From assembly GCA_035550775.1 (NCBI GenBank), contig DASZOO010000115.1, positions 1 to 52,801 on the forward strand: 52,801 nucleotides of DNA, written 5' to 3'. Source of the DNA: Actinomycetota bacterium. GTDB taxonomy: Bacteria; Actinomycetota; UBA4738; HRBIN12. The notes beneath the pieces were generated by a model that saw nothing but the letters and a program-made list of their open reading frames with translations, made no database searches and was not told where the DNA came from. Numbering within the stretch: position 1 is the first letter of the stretch; the number at the start of each line of letters is the position of its first letter. Of this stretch, positions 45,601-52,801 are shown one piece after another. Position numbers and translations under genes: made by a program.

Positions 45601-47631
45601 ATGCCGGCTACCGACGACGCGGTCGGATCGGTGTTCAGCCGCTGGGCTCGTCGTTGCCGGGCACCCGGTGTGGCCTGGGGCATCGTCCGCCGAGGTGAGC
45701 TCGAGGCGTCCGGAGGCATCGGCACGCTGCGGCTCGGCGACGACGTGCAGCCCGACGCCGACAGCGTCTTCCGTATCGCCTCGATGACCAAGAGCTTTAC
45801 CGGCGCCGCCCTGATGGGGCTGGTCGTCGAGGGTCGTCTGCGTCTCGACGACCGGGTCTCGACGCACGTGCCCGAGTTGGCGTCCTGGTCGGGTCCGACG
45901 AGCGACGGACCGCCGCTCACCCTGCGGCACCTCGTGTCGATGGAAAGCGGGCTGCCCACCGATGACGCCTGGGCGGATCGCCACATGGACCTCACCGACG
46001 AGCAGATGGACGAGCTCGTCGCGGCTGGGGTCGAGTTCGCGTGGGCCCCGGGCACGCGTTTCGAGTACTCGAACCTCGGGTGGGGTCTCCTCGGCCTGGT
46101 GATCAGGCGCGTCACCGGAGCATCGGTCCAGGAACGGGTCACCGCCTCACTGCTCGAACCGCTCGGGATGCGTGCCACGACGTGGACGCGACCGTCCGCG
46201 GCCTCCGTGGCCGAGCCCCATCGGGTGCAGGACGGGCGGGTGGTGCGGGAGGCCGAGCCGCTCGGTGACGGAGCGATCGCGCCGATGGGTGGCCTCTGGT
46301 CAACGGTGCGAGACCTGACGAGGTGGGTGGGCTGGTTCACCGATGCGTTCCCTCCACGTGACGATCACGACGACGGACCGTTGCCCCGGTGGGCCAGACG
46401 CGAGATGCAACAGCTGCGCCGGATCGACGGGGTGCGTCGGTTCCGACCGTCGCCGAGCGGCCCTTCGCGGGTGGCGGCGACCGGATACGGCATCGGACTC
46501 GGCGTTCGCATCGACGAGCGGCTCGGTAGCTCGGTCGGACACAGCGGTGGTCTTCCCGGCTACGGCTCGCACATGCGGTGGCTGCCGGAACACGGCGTCG
46601 GCGTGATCGGACTCGCGAACGTCACGTACGGGAACATGCACGCGGCCTGTATCGAGGCGCTCGAAACGCTCGCCGATCTCCACGAACTCGGGCCTGCCCA
46701 CCCGATCGTGCCCTCGGCGGCGCTCACCGCCGCGAGTCGGCGGGTCGTCTCGCTGATGGGGGCTTGGAGCGACGTCGAGGCCGATGGGCTGTTCGCCGAC
46801 TGCGTCGGCCTCGACGAGCCGTACGAGCGGAGATCGGCGCAGGCCGCAGGGCTGGTCGGCAGCCTGGGTCCGCTCGAGGTCGGATCGATCGATGCCGAGA
46901 CACCTCGTCGCGGCTCGTTCACCTCGGCGGGGGGACTCGTGCGGGTCGAGGTCGGTCTCGGCCACGAGGATCGAGTGCAATGGCTCGACGTCCATGGTCG
47001 ACTCGAGCCGAGCGACGATCCGATGATCGTCGACGACGCCGGATTGGGCGACGCAGCCGGTTGCGCTTACGTCGTCGTGCGGCCGGTCGCCGATCTCGCC
47101 GAGCGATTCAACGACTGGCAGGGCGAGGTGCTCGACCGGCTCGGGGGAGCGCCGGCCGTGGTTCCCGGCGCGCATGCGACGGTGAAGGAGTTCGGCTCCC
47201 CGGCGAGCCCACTCGCCGGCGACGACGAGGAGCGGCTGGCCGAGGTCGTCGCGGCCTGGGCCGCCACGCACGCTCCGATCGAGCTCCGCGCCCGAGGTCT
47301 CGGCCTGTTCGACGACATCCATGTGCCCGTGGTCAGACTCGAGATGACGGATTCGTTCCGCTCGGCGATGGTCGCCCTCAGGGCCGCGGCCGCCGACGCG
47401 GGTGTCCCGGCCGGCGAGAGCGACCGGTTCGACATCGACGAGTGGATCCCGCACCTCTCCCTCGCGTACGCACGTGACGTCGACCCGGCTCGCTGGGAGG
47501 AGCTCAGGGCGTGGGTGCGTGGCGTCGACGTCGGATCGTGCGAGTGCGTCGCCGTGCGCGCCGAGCTGGTCGCCTACGACGGCGGCCCGGAGCGGCGATC
47601 GGGGACGTTCCCGCTGGCCGGAGGGCGATGA
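45601..47631 (+). CDS. Fusion protein: serine beta-lactamase/DD-peptidase-family hydrolase (N-terminal) + 2H phosphoesterase/LigT-like domain (C-terminal)
   Basis: SMTK (SxxK), YSN and HSG motifs in the first 330 aa or so. HATV and HLSL (two HxT/S motifs) in the last 190 aa or so. Confidence 0.8.
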   Translation: MPATDDAVGSVFSRWARRCRAPGVAWGIVRRGELEASGGIGTLRLGDDVQPDADSVFRIASMTKSFTGAALMGLVVEGRLRLDDRVSTHVPELASWSGPTSDGPPLTLRHLVSMESGLPTDDAWADRHMDLTDEQMDELVAAGVEFAWAPGTRFEYSNLGWGLLGLVIRRVTGASVQERVTASLLEPLGMRATTWTRPSAASVAEPHRVQDGRVVREAEPLGDGAIAPMGGLWSTVRDLTRWVGWFTDAFPPRDDHDDGPLPRWARREMQQLRRIDGVRRFRPSPSGPSRVAATGYGIGLGVRIDERLGSSVGHSGGLPGYGSHMRWLPEHGVGVIGLANVTYGNMHAACIEALETLADLHELGPAHPIVPSAALTAASRRVVSLMGAWSDVEADGLFADCVGLDEPYERRSAQAAGLVGSLGPLEVGSIDAETPRRGSFTSAGGLVRVEVGLGHEDRVQWLDVHGRLEPSDDPMIVDDAGLGDAAGCAYVVVRPVADLAERFNDWQGEVLDRLGGAPAVVPGAHATVKEFGSPASPLAGDDEERLAEVVAAWAATHAPIELRARGLGLFDDIHVPVVRLEMTDSFRSAMVALRAAAADAGVPAGESDRFDIDEWIPHLSLAYARDVDPARWEELRAWVRGVDVGSCECVAVRAELVAYDGGPERRSGTFPLAGGR

Positions 47632-47739
47632 GGCCACCGTGCGAACGAGTGAGCCTCCAGGCATTGCCCGGCGATGGAACGCGGCGAGGGCTCGAGGGGC
47701 CGACCGTCGCTGTGGTTGCTGTTCCGAGCGACCGCGCGT

Positions 47740-49176
47740 ATGGTCCGCCGCGTGAACGGCGGCACGAACCCCGGCCTGCGTCGCCTGCGAGGCGCCGCGA
47801 CGATCGTGCTGCTCACGGCCCTGATCGTCGGCGCGGGGGCGCGATCGAGCACGGCGGGTTCCCGACGCCCCCCGGGCATCGTCGTGATCATGGCCGACGA
47901 CCAGCCGTACGACGTGATCTCCGCGATGCCCGCGGTGGACCGGCTGCTCGCCGAGCGCGGCACGACCCTCACCCGATCGTTCTCCGAGAACCCGCTGTGC
48001 TGCCCCGCGAGGGCATCGTTCCTCACCGGCCAGCACTCGCATTCGACCGGGGTATGGACGAACGTCCAGTTCCACGGAGGCTGGCGGGCGTTCGAACCCC
48101 ACGAGGACGAGACCATCGCGGTGGCGCTCGATGCCGCCGGCTACCGGACCGCGTTGATCGGCAAGTACCTGAACGGATACGGCGGGGCGTCGGCGCTCCA
48201 CGTGCCGCCCGGGTGGGACCGGTGGTTCGCGTTCGGTGGGCCCAACGGCGGCTACTACGACTACGACGTCGTGAGCCGCGTCGCCGGGCAGGATGCCGAG
48301 GTCCTGTCGTTCGGATCGTCCCCGCACGAGTACTCGACCGACGTGTTCGCCCGTGAGGGGGAGGAGTTCCTCAGGTCCGTGCCGCGCCGGCAGCCGTTCT
48401 TCCTGCTGCTCACGCCGTATTCGCCCCATGGGCCGTCGACCGCGGCGATCCGGCACGAGGACGCCCACGTGGGGCCTCTCAACGAACCGCGCCCCTCGCA
48501 GCTCGAAGGGGATGTCTCGGACAAACCTCTCTACATCCAGGCGAGAGAACCGATCCCCGTCGAGCGGATGCAGCGGAAGGAGCGACGGATGCGGAGGTCG
48601 CTGCTCGCGGTCGACGACCTCGTCGCTCGGACGGTGCGGACGCTCGACGACATCGGTCGCCTGCATCGCACGGTGATCGTGTACATGAGCGATCACGGAC
48701 AGTCGAACGGGCATCATCGGTGGGGATACAAGCTGGTTCCCTACGAGGAATCGATCAGGATCCCGACGATCGTCCGGTACGACCCGAGGATCCCTCGTGG
48801 GCGGGTGACGTCGGGGATGGTGTCGATCGTCGACTGGGCCCCGACGCTGGCTCGGTACGCCGGCCTGCGTTTCCGGACGGAGGGGATGGCGCAGCGCAGC
48901 CTGCTGAACGGCTCGTTCAGCCGGCGCTCGGAGGTGCTCCTCGAGCACCTGGACCACGGTGGGCGCCATGCGGTGCCCTCGTACTGCGGCGTGCGAACGA
49001 AACGGTTCATGTTCGCGCGGTACGAGGACGGGTTCGAGGAGCTCTACGACCACCAGAACGACCGATGGCAACTGCACAACATCGCCGGTGCGCCGGGCTC
49101 GGAACGACGGACCCAGAAGCTCCGAGCGCTCGCTCGCGAGCTCTGCGACCCGCCGCCGCCCGGATACCGATGGTGA
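47740..49176 (+). CDS. Cys-type (formylglycine) sulfatase, N-acetylglucosamine-6-sulfatase-like
   Basis: Signal-like N-terminus. IVVIMADDQ, CCPARAS (CxPxR), MSDHGQ. ATG at M23 of the track ORF. Confidence 0.85.
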   Translation: MVRRVNGGTNPGLRRLRGAATIVLLTALIVGAGARSSTAGSRRPPGIVVIMADDQPYDVISAMPAVDRLLAERGTTLTRSFSENPLCCPARASFLTGQHSHSTGVWTNVQFHGGWRAFEPHEDETIAVALDAAGYRTALIGKYLNGYGGASALHVPPGWDRWFAFGGPNGGYYDYDVVSRVAGQDAEVLSFGSSPHEYSTDVFAREGEEFLRSVPRRQPFFLLLTPYSPHGPSTAAIRHEDAHVGPLNEPRPSQLEGDVSDKPLYIQAREPIPVERMQRKERRMRRSLLAVDDLVARTVRTLDDIGRLHRTVIVYMSDHGQSNGHHRWGYKLVPYEESIRIPTIVRYDPRIPRGRVTSGMVSIVDWAPTLARYAGLRFRTEGMAQRSLLNGSFSRRSEVLLEHLDHGGRHAVPSYCGVRTKRFMFARYEDGFEELYDHQNDRWQLHNIAGAPGSERRTQKLRALARELCDPPPPGYRW

Positions 49177-51059
49177 CGCCGCCCACGGCGAACCGCGTCC
49201 CGCGGATCGCGGGCACGCTCGCGGTGGTGGGCATGATCGTCGTGATCGGGGCTTTCTACCTCTGGCGGTACGGCACGCATCGCGACCTCACGCCGATCGG
49301 CTACGACACGCCCCAATACATCTGGCGAGCCAACCTCGTGCACCTCGGCGGTCTGAGCGCGCTCGTCGGCTGGGCGCCCGAAGGGCTCAAGGTGCATGGC
49401 GATCGCACCGGATTCCTCGTGTTCTCCGCCCTCGTTCGCGGATCGACCGGCATCGGCGCCTACCGGCTGATGTTCGTGTTCCCGGCGATCGCGGCCGTCG
49501 TGACCGCGCTGGCCGCCGGGGCGTTGGCGGTGAGCGTGCTGGAGGAGCGATGGTGGGCATTCGCCGTGTACGGGATCGTGGTGGGCCTCTCGACGAACAT
49601 GGTGCGGATCGCCGTGGGGAGCCACGACAACTCCTTCTCGATGGGCATGCTCACGGCCTTCGCCGTCACGGCGCTGCTCTCGACCGCGTCCCGGCCCGCC
49701 CGCGTCGCCTCGGTCGTGCTCCTCGTCGGAGCGGCGATGTCTCACTGGGTGTTCGCCGCCCTGTTCGTCGCCCTGTTCGCCGTGGTCCTCATCTCGTTGC
49801 TGCCGGGTTCGTGGCGCCAGTGGCGGGCGGGTGCGCCCGTGACGGCAACGCCGAGCGGACGGCTCGCGACGGTGCTGGGTGCGAGCACGCTCGCCGGGGC
49901 GGCCGCCCTGGCCCTCATGCCGCAGGCGCCGTCGGTCGAGGCCTACCTCGATCCGAGCATGCGGGAAGGCAGGCTCGAGACCAAGTCCGCGCGAAGAGGC
50001 CGGGAGCTCCGACTCGCATGGTTCCTGCCGGCCGCGGTCGTGGGCGTGATCGCGGGATGGACGTCTCGATCCCCCCTGCGACGGTGGGGCATCCTCACGG
50101 CGACGGTGTGGGCGCTCTCGATCGTTCCCGGCTTCGTGGCCTACGCGTGGTTGGACCTGGAGGTGCCCGTGTACCGCATCGCGGCGTTCGCCCTCGGCAT
50201 CCCGATCCTCGTGGCCGCCGGGGGGGTCGGCCTCGCGATGTGGGGCTCGCGCCGGTTCGGGTTGGCGGGCACCGTGGCCGGAGGCGTCGTCGTCGCGCTG
50301 CTCGTCTCCGGGGTGGTCCTCGCCGGCCGAGCGGTTTGGAACGATGAGCGCCCGCTGATGACCGAGGAGAGCGTCGCTGCCTTCTCGGCGGTCTCCGCCT
50401 ATCTCGATCGGGCCGACATCGAGCGGCCCGTGGTCTTCCTGGCATCGGAGCGGCGGCTCGTGCCGGTCCTGCGGCAGGTCTATGCGGGTGTGCCTCCTCG
50501 CCTCATCACCCGCACCCGAGTGTTCGTAGGCGCCCTCGAGGACCTCGTCGCGGGGCAGGCGACGACCCGACCGGCCGCATTGGCGGAGGCGTCGAGCCTC
50601 TCGCTCCCCGGTGCCCTCGAGATCGCGGACCAGGATCCGTTGATCGTGCACGTCGGCGAGGTGAACCCGGTCCTTCCGCCTCCCAGAGCGGCCCGGTCCG
50701 TCTCGCCGGGCGTGTCCGTGGTCGGCGGTCCGCCGCTGGTCGTCGAGGCGTCGGTGCCGCGCGTCGGTTGGGGTTCCTTGATCGCGATGACGGCAGCGGG
50801 GTTGCTGCTCCTGATCCTCCTCGGCGCGGGATGGTCGTGGTCACTGGTCCCGGCGGACTGGCTCGCCCGCCTCGGCCTCGCTCCCGCGATGGGGGCGGCG
50901 GTCGCCGTGCTCGTGGGCACGATCGCCGACCGCGCGGGCGTCGGCTTCGATGGGCCCGCAGCGGTGTGGATGCTGGTGGGGACCGCGGTCAGCGGATGGG
51001 CGCCCGCCGTGGCCCGCGCGATGGGTGACCGTCGGCAACAGGCGGGGTCACGAGCATGA
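49170..51059 (+). CDS. Large polytopic membrane protein of unknown function (possibly GT-C-like)
   Basis: In-frame ATG overlaps the sulfatase stop by 7 nt. More than 12 hydrophobic segments, an extracytoplasmic domain of about 140 aa, and terminal TM segments. Confidence 0.65.
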   Translation: MVTPPTANRVPRIAGTLAVVGMIVVIGAFYLWRYGTHRDLTPIGYDTPQYIWRANLVHLGGLSALVGWAPEGLKVHGDRTGFLVFSALVRGSTGIGAYRLMFVFPAIAAVVTALAAGALAVSVLEERWWAFAVYGIVVGLSTNMVRIAVGSHDNSFSMGMLTAFAVTALLSTASRPARVASVVLLVGAAMSHWVFAALFVALFAVVLISLLPGSWRQWRAGAPVTATPSGRLATVLGASTLAGAAALALMPQAPSVEAYLDPSMREGRLETKSARRGRELRLAWFLPAAVVGVIAGWTSRSPLRRWGILTATVWALSIVPGFVAYAWLDLEVPVYRIAAFALGIPILVAAGGVGLAMWGSRRFGLAGTVAGGVVVALLVSGVVLAGRAVWNDERPLMTEESVAAFSAVSAYLDRADIERPVVFLASERRLVPVLRQVYAGVPPRLITRTRVFVGALEDLVAGQATTRPAALAEASSLSLPGALEIADQDPLIVHVGEVNPVLPPPRAARSVSPGVSVVGGPPLVVEASVPRVGWGSLIAMTAAGLLLLILLGAGWSWSLVPADWLARLGLAPAMGAAVAVLVGTIADRAGVGFDGPAAVWMLVGTAVSGWAPAVARAMGDRRQQAGSRA

Positions 51060-52516
51060 CCGCGCGCGGAGAGCGTACCGACGGTGGGGGCTCCGTTCGG
51101 GGGCGGTGGGCCCTCGTGGTGGCGATCGTCGGGCTGCTGCTGCCGTCCTGCACGCCCACGAACGACACGCCACCGGACGCGCGGGCCGAACCGTCGGGAA
51201 CGGCGGTCGACCGACCGAACATCGTGCTGATCGTCACCGACGACCAGCGATGGGACACGCTCGGGTCCATGCCTGCCACGCAGCGGCTGCTGATGGGACC
51301 GGGCGTGACGTTCCGCAACGCCTTCGTCGTGAACCCGCTCTGTTGCCCGTCGCGGGCCTCGATCCTCACGGGGGGCTACTCGCATACGACCGGGGTGTAC
51401 AGGAACGGAGGGGAATACGGACCGCGGGCGTTCGACGACACGTCGACGCTCGGCACGTGGCTCGATGCGGCCGGCTACCGGACCGGACTGGTCGGCAAAT
51501 GGATGAACACGTACCGCGACCTCTCGTACGTGCCTCCGGGGTGGGACCGTTGGGTGGGGATGCGATCGAGCCACGCCGTCTATTACGACTACGCGCTCAG
51601 CGTCGACGGCGACGGTCGGTCCTTCGGGTCGAAACCGAGCGACTACTCGACCGACGTGCTCGCCGGCTTCGCCGAGCGCTTCGTTCGCTCGACCGAGGAA
51701 GACACGCCGCTGTTCATGCTGGTCACTCCCACCGCTCCGCACGGACCGCGGCTTCCGGCTCCACGTCACGAAGGACTGGTCGATCGCAGCGGCATCAGGC
51801 CCGGCCCCAACGTCGCCGAGTCCGACGTGTCGGACAAGCCACGCTACATCCGCTCGCTCCCGCTCGACGGGCCTGAGCTCGAGAGGGCGATGCGGGAGTG
51901 GCGGGATCGCCAGGTCGCGACCCTCCGGGCGGTCGACGATCTGGTGCGTCGCGTCGTGCTCGCGCTCCGTGACACGGGCCGGCTGCAGAACACGCTCATC
52001 GTGCTCACCTCGGACAACGGCCTCGCGTTCGGCGAGCATCGCTGGACCTACAAGCTCACCCCGTACGAGGAGTCGATCCGTGTTCCGATGGTCATGCGCT
52101 ACGACCCGGCGACGTCGGGCACCCACAGCGGAGCGATCGCGCTGAACATCGACCTGGCGCCCACGATCGGAGATCTGGCTCGCGTCACGATCCCCGCGGC
52201 CGATGGCGAATCGCTGCTCCCGGTCATCGACGGGACCCGACGCGGTGTGCGGAACTCCTTCCTGATCGAGCATCTGCGCGACCAGCGCGACGGGCGTCGT
52301 CCCGATCCGCCCACCTACTGCGGCCTGCGCACCGAACGTGCCCTCTTCGTCCGGTACCAGACGGGGGAGGAGGAGCTCTACGACCTTGCGAGCGACCCGT
52401 TCCAACTCCGCAACCTGGTGGAGGAGCCCGGATCACGGGAACAGCTCCGGGATCTGCGGCGGCGGACGCGCTCGATGTGCCGCCCGGTCCCTCCGGGCTT
52501 CTCGTGGGATCCGTGA
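51056..52516 (+). CDS. Second Cys-type sulfatase, paralogue of 47740-49176, possible lipoprotein
   Basis: ATGA overlap. LLLPSC near the N-terminus. IVLIVTDDQ, CCPSRAS, TSDNG. Shares SDKP.YI and KL.PYEESIR.P blocks with the first sulfatase. Confidence 0.85.
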   Translation: MTARGERTDGGGSVRGRWALVVAIVGLLLPSCTPTNDTPPDARAEPSGTAVDRPNIVLIVTDDQRWDTLGSMPATQRLLMGPGVTFRNAFVVNPLCCPSRASILTGGYSHTTGVYRNGGEYGPRAFDDTSTLGTWLDAAGYRTGLVGKWMNTYRDLSYVPPGWDRWVGMRSSHAVYYDYALSVDGDGRSFGSKPSDYSTDVLAGFAERFVRSTEEDTPLFMLVTPTAPHGPRLPAPRHEGLVDRSGIRPGPNVAESDVSDKPRYIRSLPLDGPELERAMREWRDRQVATLRAVDDLVRRVVLALRDTGRLQNTLIVLTSDNGLAFGEHRWTYKLTPYEESIRVPMVMRYDPATSGTHSGAIALNIDLAPTIGDLARVTIPAADGESLLPVIDGTRRGVRNSFLIEHLRDQRDGRRPDPPTYCGLRTERALFVRYQTGEEELYDLASDPFQLRNLVEEPGSREQLRDLRRRTRSMCRPVPPGFSWDP

Positions 52517-52594
52517 CCTCGGTTCGACCCGAGGCACGTCCGGCAACCCGATCAGCGTGGTCGGTAGACTCGATGTCCGACGGATGCTGCAGTC

Positions 52595-52670
52595 GGGGAC
52601 GTAGCTCAGTTGGTAGAGCGCCGGCTTTGCAAGCCGGAGGTCGCCGGTTCGATCCCGGTCGTCTCCACCA
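52595..52670 (+). tRNA. alaT: tRNA-Ala (anticodon TGC), CCA encoded
   Basis: Acceptor GGGGACG/CGTCTCC with the G3:U70 identity pair; anticodon stem CCGGC/GCCGG with loop TTTGCAA; T arm GCCGG-TTCGATC-CCGGT; ends ACCA. Confidence 0.95.
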
Positions 52671-52726
52671 TCCTCCCCGGGCGGGGCATACGATGTCGCT
52701 CGCGTTGCAGCCGGACAGGAGACCGC

Positions 52727-52801
52727 GTGTCACGCCAGATGTTGAACGAGAAGACGTTCCAGAACGCGCCGCACCTGGAGCCGATCACGATCCCCGGCCG
52801 G
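52727..52801 (+). CDS. Possible 5' end of a CDS running off the window
   Basis: AGGAG 5 nt before the GTG at 52727. All 24 visible codons except one end in G/C (VSRQMLNEKTFQNAPHLEPITIPG). Too short to classify. Confidence 0.3.
   Translation, partial: MSRQMLNEKTFQNAPHLEPITIPGR

Noticed and set aside
46300-52405. Very long minus-strand ORFs 46300-49077 (925 aa), 49044-50651 (535 aa) and 50480-52405 (641 aa)
   Set aside because: They are antisense to the beta-lactamase fusion, both sulfatases and the membrane protein, all of which have clear plus-strand motifs. Their composition is R/H/D/E/P/G-dominated.
52518-52534. Short hairpin CCTCGG-N6-CCGAGG after the second sulfatase, as a terminator
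   Set aside because: It has only a 6-bp stem and no U-tract. It is too weak to list as a feature, although it may contribute to termination before tRNA-Ala.

Overview
Very GC-rich, densely coding chromosomal segment (third codon positions are almost all G/C) with actinobacterial gene order. It contains the replication-origin region. On the minus strand: parB-parA-rsmG-jag-yidC-yidD-rnpA-rpmH. On the plus strand: dnaA-dnaN-recF-DUF721(DciA-like)-gyrB-gyrA. DnaA-box clusters flank dnaA on both sides, and a perfect 16-bp parS sits inside the first codons of rsmG. The left arm (1-22.8 kb) has the Mycobacterium-like block cca / NUDIX / DUF6049-like / murJ / ECF sigma + anti-sigma / trxB / trxA / cwlM. 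This block is interrupted by lineage-specific inserts: HExxH membrane protein, PAP2, DAG-kinase, SulP, an orphan pilT, TauE, and an LLM-aminotransferase-ddl trio. After gyrA come an M23 peptidase, a DUF3566 protein and tRNA-Ile(GAT). About 13 kb of accessory genes then separate it from tRNA-Ala(TGC). That segment holds a GNAT + OSBS/NSAR pair, a beta-lactamase/2H-phosphoesterase fusion, and a sulfatase / polytopic membrane protein / sulfatase operon. It also holds the most unusual item: a five-gene operon (42113-45567) with MauD-, MauA- and MauE-like genes, no MauB heavy chain or MauG, and a leaderless 23-aa-repeat protein as first gene. Many adjacent genes overlap by 4 nt (ATGA/GTGA). Most long ORFs in the track are antisense or out-of-frame shadows typical of high-GC DNA. 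I found no CRISPR array, integrase, transposase or rRNA. All family assignments rest on motifs read by eye and on memory of the families; no searches were run.
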